A stretch of 58,921 bases of DNA, the filler included. It is 3 parts of 3 records of this genome, joined end to end, with 100 filler letters (N's around TTAATTAATTAA, not from the genome) between each part and the next. Parts side by side here need not be neighbours in the genome. Positions count along the whole stretch, not along the records: positions 1 to 25,532 come from SRR22947727_518; positions 25,633 to 52,412 come from SRR22947727_519; 1 more part is not named here. One strand, written 5' to 3'. The notes beneath the pieces are model-generated. The model searched no databases. It saw only the letters and a program-made list of their open reading frames with translations, and was not told the DNA's origin. Positions 20,601-32,982 of this stretch are shown piece by piece. Position 1 is the stretch's first letter, and every line of letters starts with the position of its first letter. The translations under genes were made by a program, and so were the position numbers.

Positions 20601-21042
20601 CGGCAGCACTTAATAAATCTACTAAACTTGATGATTTTTTTTCATTTAAAATTTTCCCCGAAAGCATTAAAGCAAATGAAGAAGCATTTAGCGCTAATGA
20701 GTTAGATTTCCAGAGATGTCTTTCCCAATCAGATGGTGCTACTTTATCACTTATGAGGTCGTCAACTGTCGCCTTATCAGGAATTCGAAGCAACGCTTCA
20801 GCCAAACACATAAGGGCCAGTCCCTCATCATTTGATAAACCATATTCACTCAATAGAATTTCCATCAATCCTATTTTTCCGTCTGTTCTCAAATAACTAA
20901 CTAGTTCATAGGCTCGTGATTTAGCTTTTTTTCTCAGCGTTTTATTTATTAAAAATCTCTTCCGTAATTGATTTATTACATAGGCCTCATCAGTTCTTAA
21001 AAGAATTAAAATCTTTTTTCTCAATACCAATAAATCATCCAT
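17620..21042 (-). CDS. putA: Bifunctional proline dehydrogenase / P5C dehydrogenase PutA
   Basis: SFDMLGEAA, IDAEE, VRLVKGAYWD, FATHNAHT, YLVRRLLENGANSSF, AETGG, SAGQRCSALR, QPFGGEGLSGTGPKAGGP. Confidence 0.98.
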   Translation of the reverse strand: MDDLLVLRKKILILLRTDEAYVINQLRKRFLINKTLRKKAKSRAYELVSYLRTDGKIGLMEILLSEYGLSNDEGLALMCLAEALLRIPDKATVDDLISDKVAPSDWERHLWKSNSLALNASSFALMLSGKILNEKKSSSLVDLLSAAVSRLGEPVIRVAISRAMKLMGKQFVLGESIDKAISSSKSNQKKGTLYSFDMLGEAAITEEDAEKYFNSYKAAIERLGLEAHNDDILLNPGISLKLSALHSRYEVRKSKRVMTELVERALALIVMARELNIAVTIDAEEADRLELSLDVIEELIGDPKLSGWDGLGVVVQSYNKSASAVIDWLSALSCKYNRKIMVRLVKGAYWDTEIKTAQVNGTSYYPVFTTKAATDVSYICCAKQLLDDGQHLFPQFATHNAHTMASVLELCENRKPFEFQRLHGMGAALHKKVMTTNQTSCRVYAPVGKHEDLLAYLVRRLLENGANSSFVNQVLDKNNLIDDIIRDPFDQLDGLEGLSPSIQLPVNIYSPNRKNAKGWNLNDFTDLFIIDNERAPFKAIEWNVSSFIDGTVKGKNIYNIYNPSNPSERVGSAAEASMEDVNLAIKNAKSWQNIQAEERSNILNKAADLYEKNAGQIIAILTREAGKVILDAVAELREAVDFLRYYASECVRINQKETRVARGIITCISPWNFPLAIFTGQISGALSAGNAVLAKPAEQTPIIAHFAVNLLYEAGVPKSTLQLLLGRGETIGKKLVSNVNIAGVCFTGSTTTACSINKNIAKFLSPDALFIAETGGINAMIIDSTALLERAIKDVIASAFHSAGQRCSALRVLYVQEDIEKKFTHMLKEAIKEQSVGNPWDFETDIGPIIDKNSYDNILRHVHGAQKDGRLIFSNEAPSSGYFIGPKIISVTGIKELKSEIFGPVLHIASFRPEQIPSIIEDINAAGYGLTFGLHTRLDKRVEFISNSVKVGNVYINRNQIGAVVESQPFGGEGLSGTGPKAGGPRYVKRFTTSENSSVKQHPRKNMVACIREMNGPTGESNKTYDYPRGKILCLGPEPIDVKKQIRIAQLNGCETTVRRSYLENDETFSYLETSTDIQAVAFWGKSRDLKKIRIALSKRKGPIIPLMLETDMSDHCIIERHVCVDTTAAGGNVNLLSAG

Positions 21043-21158
21043 ATTGGGCCTAACTGATTAAATTTAAGGTTTTAGTAGCATTTTATTAAAAGACGTTTAG
21101 ACTTTAAAATAAACTATTAGATGCTAATTTAATTTAATATTATTAAATAAAAGAACTT

Positions 21159-21632
21159 ATGAATAAAATTATGAATAAAAAAAATAAAATAGACCGAATT
21201 GATAAAGCGATTATAAAACATCTTTCAAAAAATGGTCGGCTGTCTGTGGCAGATATCGCAAGACGCATAGGGGCGTCTAAAACACCAGTCCAGGTTAGAT
21301 TAAAAAGACTACAAGAAGAAAAATATATTTTAGGATTTCGAGCAGTTCTTAATCCAAAAAAACTTGAAAAACAGCATATTGCTTTTACTGAAGTTAAGCT
21401 TTCAGACACAAGAGAAAAAGCTCTTAATGAATTTAATAGTGCTGTTGTCGAAATACCAGAAATTGAACAGTGCCACATGATAGCTAGTTCTTTTGACTAC
21501 CTATTAAAAACAAGAACAAAAGATATACAGGCTTACAGGTATATTTTAGGTGAGGTGATTTCATCTCTTCCGAATGTATCAAGCACATCTACATTTGTGG
21601 CGATGGAGTCTATAAAAGATAATAGTTTTTAG
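21159..21632 (+). CDS. putR: Lrp/AsnC-family regulator divergent from putA (PutR-like)
   Basis: N-terminal HTH (IDRIDKAII...GRLSVADIARRIGAS), ECHM-like QCHMIASSFDYLLK; divergent from putA. Confidence 0.8.
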   Translation: MNKIMNKKNKIDRIDKAIIKHLSKNGRLSVADIARRIGASKTPVQVRLKRLQEEKYILGFRAVLNPKKLEKQHIAFTEVKLSDTREKALNEFNSAVVEIPEIEQCHMIASSFDYLLKTRTKDIQAYRYILGEVISSLPNVSSTSTFVAMESIKDNSF

Positions 21633-21636
21633 GCCA

Positions 21637-22095
21637 TCAAAACTCAAAAGCGTTTGCTGGTGTCTTGGTGGGTTTGGTTAGTGGGTTATTATTTAAAGCC
21701 GCTTCAGCTAATGCTGAATCAAAAAATTCCCATACCTCTGCTATTAGTCCGTCTTTAAACCCAAACATATGACAATAAGTTTGATTATAGCGCACTCCGT
21801 TTAATGCGTAGCCATCGGCTTGCATAATTGTCACAACTCTGTGTTCGTCAGCGCATACAATTTTTAATTTTGTACAAAACTTGAAAGTATCCATCTGTAG
21901 CATTCCCATAACTTTAGGAAAAATGTCATTTACTAGAATATCTTTTCCTTGAAAACGGCCTGAAACAGGGGTTGTTCCATGAACATTATAAATAACATCG
22001 TCTTGCTGAACAGCAAGCATTGCAACGGCATCGCTAGCTGCTAAAGCTCTGTACCACTCTTTAACCAGTTCTTTTTGTGATTCTCTTTGTTGCAT
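21637..22095 (-). CDS. NTF2/SnoaL-like (ketosteroid isomerase-like) protein
   Basis: GTTPVSGRFQGK, YNQTYCHMFGFKDGLIAEVWEFFDS. Confidence 0.8.
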   Translation of the reverse strand: MQQRESQKELVKEWYRALAASDAVAMLAVQQDDVIYNVHGTTPVSGRFQGKDILVNDIFPKVMGMLQMDTFKFCTKLKIVCADEHRVVTIMQADGYALNGVRYNQTYCHMFGFKDGLIAEVWEFFDSALAEAALNNNPLTKPTKTPANAFEF

Positions 22096-22193
22096 AATTT
22101 CACGCTCTCTAAAATCCTGTTAGAATTTTGCCCTAACTTAATTAAGGTTAATTACTGATTGTTTTAAAGGTATTAGTGAAGCTACTAAAATTA

Positions 22194-22901
22194 CTAGCTA
22201 AAAATAATTTTACTGGTTTTATCGCTTTTAGCCCGTTTGCCCTCAGGCCAGTCACCAGTTGTCATATAAATTATCTCTTTTGCAATATCGGCAATATTAT
22301 CGCCCATTCTTTCAATATTTTTTGCAATAAATAAAACATGCATACATGCAGATATGTTACTGGCGTCTTCCATCATATATGTTACGAGTTCGCGAAAAAG
22401 TGAATTATGAGCCATGTCTACTTTTTCGTCCTGCGCGCGCACCTTTTTTGCTAGTTCACCATCACGGGACTTATAAGCCTCCAAAATAGTTTCCGTCATG
22501 CCTTGAACAAGTTTACTCATTCGAATTAAAGTTTCAATTGGACCAGTTTCGGCTTCAGCTTTTGCAATTGTCCTCGTTCTCTGAGCCATATTCCTTGTTA
22601 GGTCGCCCATGCGTTCTAAGTGACCAGCGCTCTTGAGCGTTGTAAGAACATAACGCAAGTCTATAGCAAATGGTTGCCGCAAGGCTAAAATTTTAATCGC
22701 TAGGTCATTGAGGTCTCTTTCGAGCTCATTAAGCTGCTTGTCTCCCTTAACAACTTTTTTGGCAAGATCGCGATCTTCCTTTCGGAGTGCCCGGGTGGCA
22801 TCTTTGAGTTGCACCAAAACTATATCCCCCATCTCCTGAAAAAGAGATTCAAGTTTACTCATATCATTATCAAAAGATGCTACAATATGGTTTTCACTCA
22901 T
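22194..22901 (-). CDS. phoU: Phosphate signalling protein PhoU
   Basis: LALRQPFAIDLR, LERMGD and IERMGD repeats; follows pstB. Confidence 0.97.
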   Translation of the reverse strand: MSENHIVASFDNDMSKLESLFQEMGDIVLVQLKDATRALRKEDRDLAKKVVKGDKQLNELERDLNDLAIKILALRQPFAIDLRYVLTTLKSAGHLERMGDLTRNMAQRTRTIAKAEAETGPIETLIRMSKLVQGMTETILEAYKSRDGELAKKVRAQDEKVDMAHNSLFRELVTYMMEDASNISACMHVLFIAKNIERMGDNIADIAKEIIYMTTGDWPEGKRAKSDKTSKIIFS

Positions 22902-22904
22902 TAT

Positions 22905-23705
22905 TTATCCAATCCGTCCTGATATATAGTTTTGAGTTCTTTCTTGAATAGGGTTTGTAAAGATAGCCTGAGTATCTCCGCTTTCCACCAATTCGCCCAA
23001 ATGAAAAAAAGCTGTTTGCTGTGAAACTCTAGCAGCCTGTTGCATAGAGTGGGTAACAATAACAATAGTATATTTTTCTTTCATCGTTTCCATCAGGTCT
23101 TCAATGATTGCGGTTGCTATTGGGTCAAGAGCAGAGCAGGGCTCATCCATTAGAATGACTTGCGGGTCAACTGCGATCGCTCTTGCAATACATAGACGCT
23201 GTTGTTGACCGCCTGAAAGGCTAGTACCTGGTTCACTTAAACGATCAGAAACTTCGTCATATAACCCGGCACGTTTTAGTGATCGAATAACAATGCTTTC
23301 CAGCTCGTCTTTAGATTCTGCAAGTCCATGAATGCGCGGACCGTAAGCTACATTTTCAAAAATTGACTTAGGAAAAGGGTTTGCTTTTTGAAACACCATC
23401 CCAATACGAGACCTAAGAGCCACAACATCCACTTTTGGGTCGTAAATATTTTGTCCTGAAAATTTTATTTCGCCGCTAACGCGGCATATATTTATAGTAT
23501 CATTCATGCGATTGAAGCAGCGTAAAAAGGTTGACTTTCCGCAACCTGATGGCCCTATCAAAGCTGTTATCTGATTTTCTGGGATATTCAAACTTACATT
23601 GCAGATAGCTTGTTTTTTTCCATAGAAAACATCAACATTGTTAGCGGTCATTATTGTGGGCATGTTAGATTGTATTGCCTGTGATGTCTTTGTTTCAATA
23701 ATCAT
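22905..23705 (-). CDS. pstB: Phosphate ABC transporter ATPase PstB
   Basis: [39 protein letters not shown]. Confidence 0.98.
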   Translation of the reverse strand: MIIETKTSQAIQSNMPTIMTANNVDVFYGKKQAICNVSLNIPENQITALIGPSGCGKSTFLRCFNRMNDTINICRVSGEIKFSGQNIYDPKVDVVALRSRIGMVFQKANPFPKSIFENVAYGPRIHGLAESKDELESIVIRSLKRAGLYDEVSDRLSEPGTSLSGGQQQRLCIARAIAVDPQVILMDEPCSALDPIATAIIEDLMETMKEKYTIVIVTHSMQQAARVSQQTAFFHLGELVESGDTQAIFTNPIQERTQNYISGRIG

Positions 23706-23715
23706 ATTAGCTATA

Positions 23716-24993
23716 TCACCAACGTCTTTCTAATCGTTTACGTAAGTATACAGCACATATGTTCATTAGTATCAAGAAAGCAAGCAAAACCATTATAGCT
23801 GCTGAGGTGCGCTCGACAAAACCCTTCTCGGGACTATCCGCCCACAAGAAAATTTGCACAGGTAAGGATGTGGCGACATCAGTAACCCCCTTGGGTATGT
23901 CTACAATAAATGCTACCATTCCAATCATTAGTAGTGGGGCAGTTTCTCCCAAAGCTCTCGCCATACCCAATATAGTTCCTGTTAACATGCCAGGCATAGC
24001 TAAGGGAACAACATGATGAAATGTAGTTTGTGTTTTACTCGCGCCTAACCCCAATGCTGCATCTCTTATGCTTTGAGGTATCGATCGTAAAATAGAACGC
24101 GACGCTATAATAATTGTTGGTAAGGTCATTAGAGCCAAGACTATTCCTCCTACGAGCGGCGTAGAGCGAGGAAGGTGAAAGAAATTTAAAAAGATTGAGA
24201 GGCCTAAGAGTCCAAATACAATTGACGGAACAGCTGCAAGGTTGTTAATATTAACCTCTATAAAGTCAGTTATAAAATTTTTCTTTGCATACTCCTCCAA
24301 ATATACCGCAGTCAAAATACCTAAAGGGAAAGCGATTAGGAAACAAACAAGTAAGCTAAAAAAAGAACCAATTGCAGCTCCTAAAATTCCCGCCATTTCT
24401 GGCTCCCTAGAATCTCCATTAGTAAATAAAGTTTTATTAAACTTCTTTTTAATTCTTCCTTCTGACTTTAGTATTTCTATCCATTCTATATCCCTGTCCT
24501 TTAAACGCCTTAAATCCTCACTAACATTTGGATCTATCTTGCCCTTCATAAATAGGTCAACCTCGGAGGATGCCAATAACCAGACCTTTTTACTTTTACC
24601 CAAAATACTAGGGTCGTCAGCAACTTTTTCACCAAGGTCAAAGACAGCTCCTGTACTAAGTAATTTATATAGACGGTTTCTGTCTCGCCGCTCAGTTACC
24701 TCAGGAATTACACTTAATAAACTTTCCACCACTATGGGCTTATAGTTTGCTCTTTTTAATAAGTCGGGGTCACGGGATGATGAAGGGTCTAGAATAGATT
24801 CTGAAAAATTTATATCGAGAGAAATTTTTGTTTGTTGAAAAGCGCTTGCTCCTCTGAATATTATAGCAGAAAACATGAATACTAAAAAAGCGATCGATAT
24901 AAATATCGCTATTCTACCATACCACTTAAACCGCTTTTCACGGGCATGTCGCTTTGCCATCTGTCTAGATGTACTGAGAATATAGTTAGGCAT
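23716..24993 (-). CDS. pstA: Phosphate ABC transporter permease PstA with long N-terminal periplasmic insert
   Basis: [28 protein letters not shown]. Confidence 0.96.
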   Translation of the reverse strand: MPNYILSTSRQMAKRHAREKRFKWYGRIAIFISIAFLVFMFSAIIFRGASAFQQTKISLDINFSESILDPSSSRDPDLLKRANYKPIVVESLLSVIPEVTERRDRNRLYKLLSTGAVFDLGEKVADDPSILGKSKKVWLLASSEVDLFMKGKIDPNVSEDLRRLKDRDIEWIEILKSEGRIKKKFNKTLFTNGDSREPEMAGILGAAIGSFFSLLVCFLIAFPLGILTAVYLEEYAKKNFITDFIEVNINNLAAVPSIVFGLLGLSIFLNFFHLPRSTPLVGGIVLALMTLPTIIIASRSILRSIPQSIRDAALGLGASKTQTTFHHVVPLAMPGMLTGTILGMARALGETAPLLMIGMVAFIVDIPKGVTDVATSLPVQIFLWADSPEKGFVERTSAAIMVLLAFLILMNICAVYLRKRLERRW

Positions 24994-25532
24994 ATTTTTT
25001 CTTATATTTATCTACAATACGAAGGGCTATAATGTTTAAGCCCAGGGTGAGAATGAGTAAAAATAATGCAATAGCGAAAGCTGCTAAAGTTTTAGCACTA
25101 TCAAACTCCTGGTCTCCCGTGAGCAAAGTAACAATCTGAACCGTCATTGTTGTTACAGCCTCAAACGGGTTAAGTGTTAAATTAGCCGCCAAGCCAGCTG
25201 CCATAACCACAATCATAGTCTCTCCAATTGCACGAGATATAGCAAGTAACAGACTACCTATAATTCCTGGTGTTGCGGCAGGTATAATCACTTTTGTTAC
25301 AGTTTCCTCGTGTGTTGCTCCCATTCCAAAAGAAGCGTCCCTTAATGCTTGAGGAACTGCATTTATAACATCATCCGATAGAGATGAAATAAATGGTATA
25401 AGCATCACACCCATAACCAATCCCGCTGCCAATGCACTTTCAGAGGAGATGTCAAAGCCTGCGCCTGATCCGGTAGCTCGTATAATAGGCGCCACAACTA
25501 AAGCTGCAAAAAAACCATATACAACTGTTGGA
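24986..25532 (-). CDS. pstC: Phosphate ABC transporter permease PstC, 5'-truncated at contig end
   Basis: Frame is open to the N run (PTVVYGFFAA...); SRAIGETMIVVMAAG, GDQEFDS; overlaps the pstA start. Confidence 0.95.
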
Positions 25533-25632
25533 NNNNNNNNNNNNNNNNNNNNNNNNNNNNNNNNNNNNNNNNNNNNTTAATTAATTAANNNNNNNNNNNN
25601 NNNNNNNNNNNNNNNNNNNNNNNNNNNNNNNN
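25533..25632. other. Artificial contig-joining spacer
   Basis: 44 N + TTAATTAATTAA (stops in all six frames) + 44 N; genes on both sides are truncated. Confidence 0.98.
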
Positions 25633-28102
25633 TGATGTTATCGGTAAATACCATCCTCATGGAGACCAGTCCGTATATGATGCATTAGTTAGGCTTGCTC
25701 AAGATTTTTCGATGAGACTACCTCTTATTGATGGTCAGGGGAACTTTGGTTCCATGGATGGAGATAGAGCAGCAGCCATGAGATATACAGAAGTTAGGAT
25801 GCATAAGATTGCTAAATACCTTCTTGATGATATTGATAAAGAGACTGTTGATTTCAGACCTAACTATGATGAGTCTGAATATGAGCCATCTGTTTTACCT
25901 TCTAAGTACCCAAACCTATTAGTAAACGGTGCTGGAGGTATCGCTGTTGGTATGGCTACAAATATTTTACCACATAATTTAGGAGAAGTCATTGATGCTA
26001 CTGTTGCTTATATAAAAGATGAAGATATTAGTGATGATGAAATATACAGTCATATTAAAGGACCAGATTTTCCAACTGGTGGAACAATAGTAGGCACAAA
26101 CACAATTAAAGTTTCACAAAAGACTGGAAGAGGCTCAATTATAGTTCAAGCTAAAAGTACTATTGAAGAATTTAAAGCCGATAGAGATGCAATAATATTT
26201 TCTGAAATTCCATATCAAGTAAATAAATCAGTGTTAATACAAAGAATAGCTGAGCTTGTTAGAGATAAAAAAATTGAAGGCATTAGTGATCTAAGAGATG
26301 AATCTGACAGAGATGGAGTTAGAGTTGTCATTGAGCTTAAAAAGGGAGTTATTGCAAATGTAATTCTTAATAAACTTTATAGATATACACCTTTACAATC
26401 ATCTTATGGAGTTAATGCTTTGGCACTAACTGGAGGTCGTCCAAAACTTATGGGAATAAAGGAATTCCTCTCTAGTTTTGTTAAATTTAGAATTGAAATT
26501 ATTACAAATAGAACAAAATTTGATCTTAACAAAGCAAGAGATAGAGCGCACTTACTAATTGGGCTTGGTATTGCAATTGCTAATGTTGACAAGGTAATTG
26601 AGATTATTAAAAAATCTAAAGATCCTGCTGATGCTAAAGGGGAGCTATTAAAAACTAAGTGGGCTAATTCTGATATTGCAGATTTGCTAGCTATTGTTGA
26701 TGATCCTAGACAAATCATTAACGAGAAAGAAATTTACCTTACCGACGAGCAGGCTAAAGCAATACTTGAGCTAAGACTTCAAAGGCTGACTGCTTTAGGT
26801 AAAAATGAAATTGAGTCTGAACTTAAAGAACTTTCAAAAAGTATTAACGGTTACCTTGAAATCTTAACTAATAAAGAAATTTTATTAAAGGTTATTGAAG
26901 ATGAGCTTACTGAAGTTAGAGAGCAGTTTGCAACTCCAAGAAAGACAAATATTACTGAAATTGAACTTACAGACTTTGATCAAGAAGATCTTGTTCAAAA
27001 AAGTGATATGGTCGTAAGTGTTTCAAATTCTGGTTATATAAAAAGAGTTCCACTTGAAATGTATCGTGCTCAAAAAAGAGGTGGTAAGGGCAGATCTGGA
27101 ATGAAAACTAGTGAAGAAGATTTTGTTACCCAGGTATTTACAGCTAGCACTCATGACAACATGCTATTTTTCACTGCAACAGGTATTGTTTATAAACTCA
27201 AAACCTGGAAAATTCCAGAATCATCAATTACGGCAAAAGGTAAAGCGATAGTTAATCTCTTAGAAATGAAAGAGAACAGTCAACTTTCCAGTATATTGGT
27301 GCTTCCAGAAAGCAAGTCATCGTCGGACAAAGAACTATTTTTAATTTTTACAACATCTGATGGGACTATTAGAAAAAACAGCCTTGATGACTTTAAGAAA
27401 ATTCAAAGCAGTGGAAAAATTGCAATGAAACTATCTACTAATAATTCTATTGTGGGAGTTAAGGTATGTTCAGATGATGATGACTATCTCTTAACTACAT
27501 CAGAGGGTAAATGCATCAGAACACCTGTTTCGAAATTAAGAACTACTAAAAGTAGAACATCTGAAGGAGTAAGGGGTATAAAGCTTTCTTCTAATGATAA
27601 AGTTATTTCTGTGTCTATTTTATCTCACACGGAATCAACTAGCGCTGAAATTAAAGCATATTTAAAAATGCAAAGAGATAAAAAGAATGAACATCATGAT
27701 GAGGATGATGAAGAAATAGAGAATGATGATGGAAGTATAGAAACTGTCAACTTAACAGAAGATATATTTTCTGAAATGCAAGCGCGAGAGCAATTTATAT
27801 TAACTCTTACAGAAAATGGGTACGGTAAACGAACATCCTCTTATCAATTTAGAATAACAAATCGTGGTGGATCAGGAATTAAATGTATTACTACATCTAA
27901 AAGAAATGGAAATGTTTTAGCCTCATTTCAAATCGAAAATGCTGATGATATAATGTTAATTACAAAATCAGGACAACTGATCAGATGTCCTGTTAAAGAT
28001 GTTAGGGTTGCTGGTAGAAATACCCAAGGAGTAAGTATTTTTAAAACGTCTGATGAAGAAAAAGTTGTTTCCGCATCAAGGGTTGAAATAGATGCTGAAT
28101 AA
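25633..28102 (+). CDS. gyrA: DNA gyrase subunit A, 5'-truncated at contig start
   Basis: Frame is open from 25634 (DVIGKYHPHGDQSVYD); catalytic AAMRYTE; GyrA box QKRGGKG distinguishes it from ParC. Confidence 0.98.
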
Positions 28103-28142
28103 TTTACTAGAGCAATTTGAGTATTAGTTATATAAGATAAGC

Positions 28143-28619
28143 ATGAAGAGAATTGCTATATACCCTGGCACATTTGACCCAATTCATAGGGGTCATAGTG
28201 ACATTATCAATAGAGCAGCAAATTTGTGGGATGAGCTATATATTGCCGTTGCAGACAGTCCTCATAAAAACACTCTTTTTTCACTTGATGAAAGAAAAGC
28301 AATGATTGATCATGAATTTAATTCTATCAAAAATATTAAGGTTATTTCTTTCAATAATTTACTTATAGACCTTGCTAGTTCCTTGGATGCAAGAATTCTA
28401 GTAAGAGGTCTTAGAGTTGTTTCAGACTTTGAATATGAATTTCAAATGTTAGGTATGAATAGAACAATGAATCCTGACATTGAAACAGTTTTTTTAATGG
28501 CTGAACCACAAAATCAACCAATTTCATCAAATTTTGTTAAAGATATTGCAAGATTGAATGGTAATATTTCAAAATTTACTAGCGCAAATGTTGCTAATAA
28601 ATTAAAAGAAAGATTCTAA
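28143..28619 (+). CDS. coaD: Phosphopantetheine adenylyltransferase
   Basis: YPGTFDPIHRGH, RGLRVVSDFEYE, ISSNFVK. Confidence 0.97.
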   Translation: MKRIAIYPGTFDPIHRGHSDIINRAANLWDELYIAVADSPHKNTLFSLDERKAMIDHEFNSIKNIKVISFNNLLIDLASSLDARILVRGLRVVSDFEYEFQMLGMNRTMNPDIETVFLMAEPQNQPISSNFVKDIARLNGNISKFTSANVANKLKERF

Positions 28620-29176
28620 TGATATCTATTTTAAAAGTTTTAACTATTTTTACATTTTTAACTACAGCAGCTTTAGGGCAGGAAGAGCATAGTATGGTAA
28701 ATGATCCAGAGAACAGTATCAAAATTGAATTAACAAGTGGCGATGTTTACATCGAGCTTTTACCAGATGTTGCTCCAGGGCATGTCGATAGAATTAAAGA
28801 ATTAGCGCGAGAAGGTTTCTATGATGGCGTACCATTTCACAGAGTAATTGATGGTTTCATGGCGCAGACAGGAGATGGTCAGTTTGGCAATGGCACTGGC
28901 GGCTCTAGTAAACCTGATTTAAAAGCTGAGTTTAATAATACTTCACACCTAAGAGGAACTGTATCAATGGCTAGAACGGCAGTACCAGACTCTGCAAATA
29001 GTCAGTTTTTTATCTGCTTTGGTCCAACACCCCATCTTGATGGCCAATATACTGTCTTTGGACAGGTTGTTAAGGGGATGGAATTTATTGATGGCCTAAA
29101 GAAAGGCTCTGGTCAAGGTGGTGAAGTGACTGACCCTGATAAAATGATTTCTGTTAAGGTCGTGGCTGATATTTAA
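28619..29176 (+). CDS. Cyclophilin-type peptidyl-prolyl isomerase with signal peptide
   Basis: FHRVIDGFMAQTGD, SMAR...SANSQFFI, LDGQYTVFGQV. Confidence 0.95.
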   Translation: MISILKVLTIFTFLTTAALGQEEHSMVNDPENSIKIELTSGDVYIELLPDVAPGHVDRIKELAREGFYDGVPFHRVIDGFMAQTGDGQFGNGTGGSSKPDLKAEFNNTSHLRGTVSMARTAVPDSANSQFFICFGPTPHLDGQYTVFGQVVKGMEFIDGLKKGSGQGGEVTDPDKMISVKVVADI

Positions 29177-29183
29177 GGAATAA

Positions 29184-31314
<2,131 letters not shown>

Positions 31315-32109
31315 TTATTTTCCTTGAAAATTAGGTTTTTTCTTTTGTAAAAAAGCCACAATACCATTATAGCAGTCTTCTGTTTTTCCAGCCACTGACT
31401 GTGCAGCACTTTCAGCTGATAGCTGTGTCTCAAAATCATTAGATAAACTATCCCAATATAATTTTCGTGTTAGACTATAGGCAACAGTAGGACCGTTTGC
31501 TATCTCCGTTGCAATATCCATTACTTCGATCATGAAATTTGGATCACTAAAGACATCATTGATAAGTCCCCATGAAAGTGCTTTTTCAGATGATATTTTT
31601 TCTCCAAGCAGTGATAACTCCATTGCCCTTGCCATACCAATTTTTCTTGGCAAAATGTAAGTTGAACTTGCATCGGGAACTAAGCCAATAAATTTAAATG
31701 CTTGATAAAAATAAGCTGATTTTGAGGCATATACAAGATCACCAATTATTGCTAGTGAACAACCTGCACCTGCAGCTGGACCGTTAACTGCAGTTATAAA
31801 TGGTATATTTAAATTTTTTAAGTCAATTAGCATTGGGTGATAGTGACTATTAAGAGCAGCACCCATATCTAATTTAGAAATATCTGCTGATCCAGGATTA
31901 TCTACTAAATTAGCACCAGAACAAAAACCTTTTCCTTCTCCAGTTATAACCAAACAACGAGCATTGGTCTTACCTTCATTTATATCTTTTATTTTACTAT
32001 GTATTTGTGTGATCATCGCCATAGAAAGAGCATTAAGCTTTCCCGGATCATTCAATGTTAAAATAGCTACATTATTTTTATTAATTTCGAAACTAATTAA
32101 ATCACTCAC
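31315..32109 (-). CDS. Enoyl-CoA hydratase/isomerase, PaaG-like
   Basis: FCSGANL, AVNGPAAGAGCSLA, IGLVPD (Asp rather than the crotonase Glu pair). Confidence 0.88.
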   Translation of the reverse strand: MSDLISFEINKNNVAILTLNDPGKLNALSMAMITQIHSKIKDINEGKTNARCLVITGEGKGFCSGANLVDNPGSADISKLDMGAALNSHYHPMLIDLKNLNIPFITAVNGPAAGAGCSLAIIGDLVYASKSAYFYQAFKFIGLVPDASSTYILPRKIGMARAMELSLLGEKISSEKALSWGLINDVFSDPNFMIEVMDIATEIANGPTVAYSLTRKLYWDSLSNDFETQLSAESAAQSVAGKTEDCYNGIVAFLQKKKPNFQGK

Positions 32110-32132
32110 ATAAAACCCTTCTTTAAAAAATA

Positions 32133-32819
32133 TTATCTAGCAACTACATCAGTTATTTGATCAATGCCACTAGTAATCTTTTTAATCACATTCTCTTGAT
32201 CAAGTATTTTTGTTTCATTGTATTGTGGGTGAGCTAATACCGCTAAATCTTTTGCTTTTGCCAAAGCTAATTCAAAAACTTTGTCTGTATCAGCTACTTC
32301 ATCCAGATAGCCTGGTTCTATAGCATCTTCGATAGCGTACATTTCTGCATTAAGCAAAGCTCTCTGCTTATGTGATTTAGTGAGCTTAAATTTTGCAATT
32401 TCTAAAATTGGAGTTGGGACAATCATATTGTTTCTCAATTCATTTGCTCCAATCTTATATTCTCCCTTTGCACCAATTCGATAATCGCTGCTGCATAATA
32501 AAAAAGCACCTAGTGCAATTGCATGACCAGAACATGCAGCTACAACAGGCCGTGGAAAAGAAAAAACCCTTTTTAACATTGTAAATCCTGATTTGACCAT
32601 TTCAACAGCTGGTCCAGGTCCAGACATCATTACCTTTAAATCAAATCCAGCTGAAAATATTCCCTGTCTTCCTTGGATTAAAAGTGAGCCTTTATTTGTG
32701 GGAACTTGGTCTAATAATGAGTTAAATTCTGCAATCATAGCAGGAGAAAATACATTTGCCTTACCATCATCCATTGTAATTATAGAGACATTTTCCTCAG
32801 TTTTGATACTAGCCAACAT
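32133..32819 (-). CDS. Crotonase / enoyl-CoA hydratase family protein
   Basis: MDDGKANVFS, FSAGFDL, PVVAACSGHAIALGAFLL. Confidence 0.88.
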   Translation of the reverse strand: MLASIKTEENVSIITMDDGKANVFSPAMIAEFNSLLDQVPTNKGSLLIQGRQGIFSAGFDLKVMMSGPGPAVEMVKSGFTMLKRVFSFPRPVVAACSGHAIALGAFLLCSSDYRIGAKGEYKIGANELRNNMIVPTPILEIAKFKLTKSHKQRALLNAEMYAIEDAIEPGYLDEVADTDKVFELALAKAKDLAVLAHPQYNETKILDQENVIKKITSGIDQITDVVAR

Positions 32820-32982
32820 AAGTGGTTATCCTTCTAGGTTGTATTTTAAAATATTAAAATATATCAATATTTAAATATTAAAAGTTATTATTATAAAGAT
32901 AGTAAATACTTATAAAATAGTGCACCTATTTATAATAATTTAGTTATAATAAAAATTAGTAATATTTAATGAGGATATAATT

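Noticed and set aside
25577-25588. TTAATTAATTAA palindromes (also 52457-52468) as a biological repeat or attachment site
   Set aside because: Both are flanked by exactly 44 N on each side; this is a synthetic six-frame-stop linker.
27685-27735. His/acidic insert in the GyrA C-terminal domain (EHHDEDDEEIENDDG)
   Set aside because: Acidic inserts at this position are ordinary in alphaproteobacterial GyrA.
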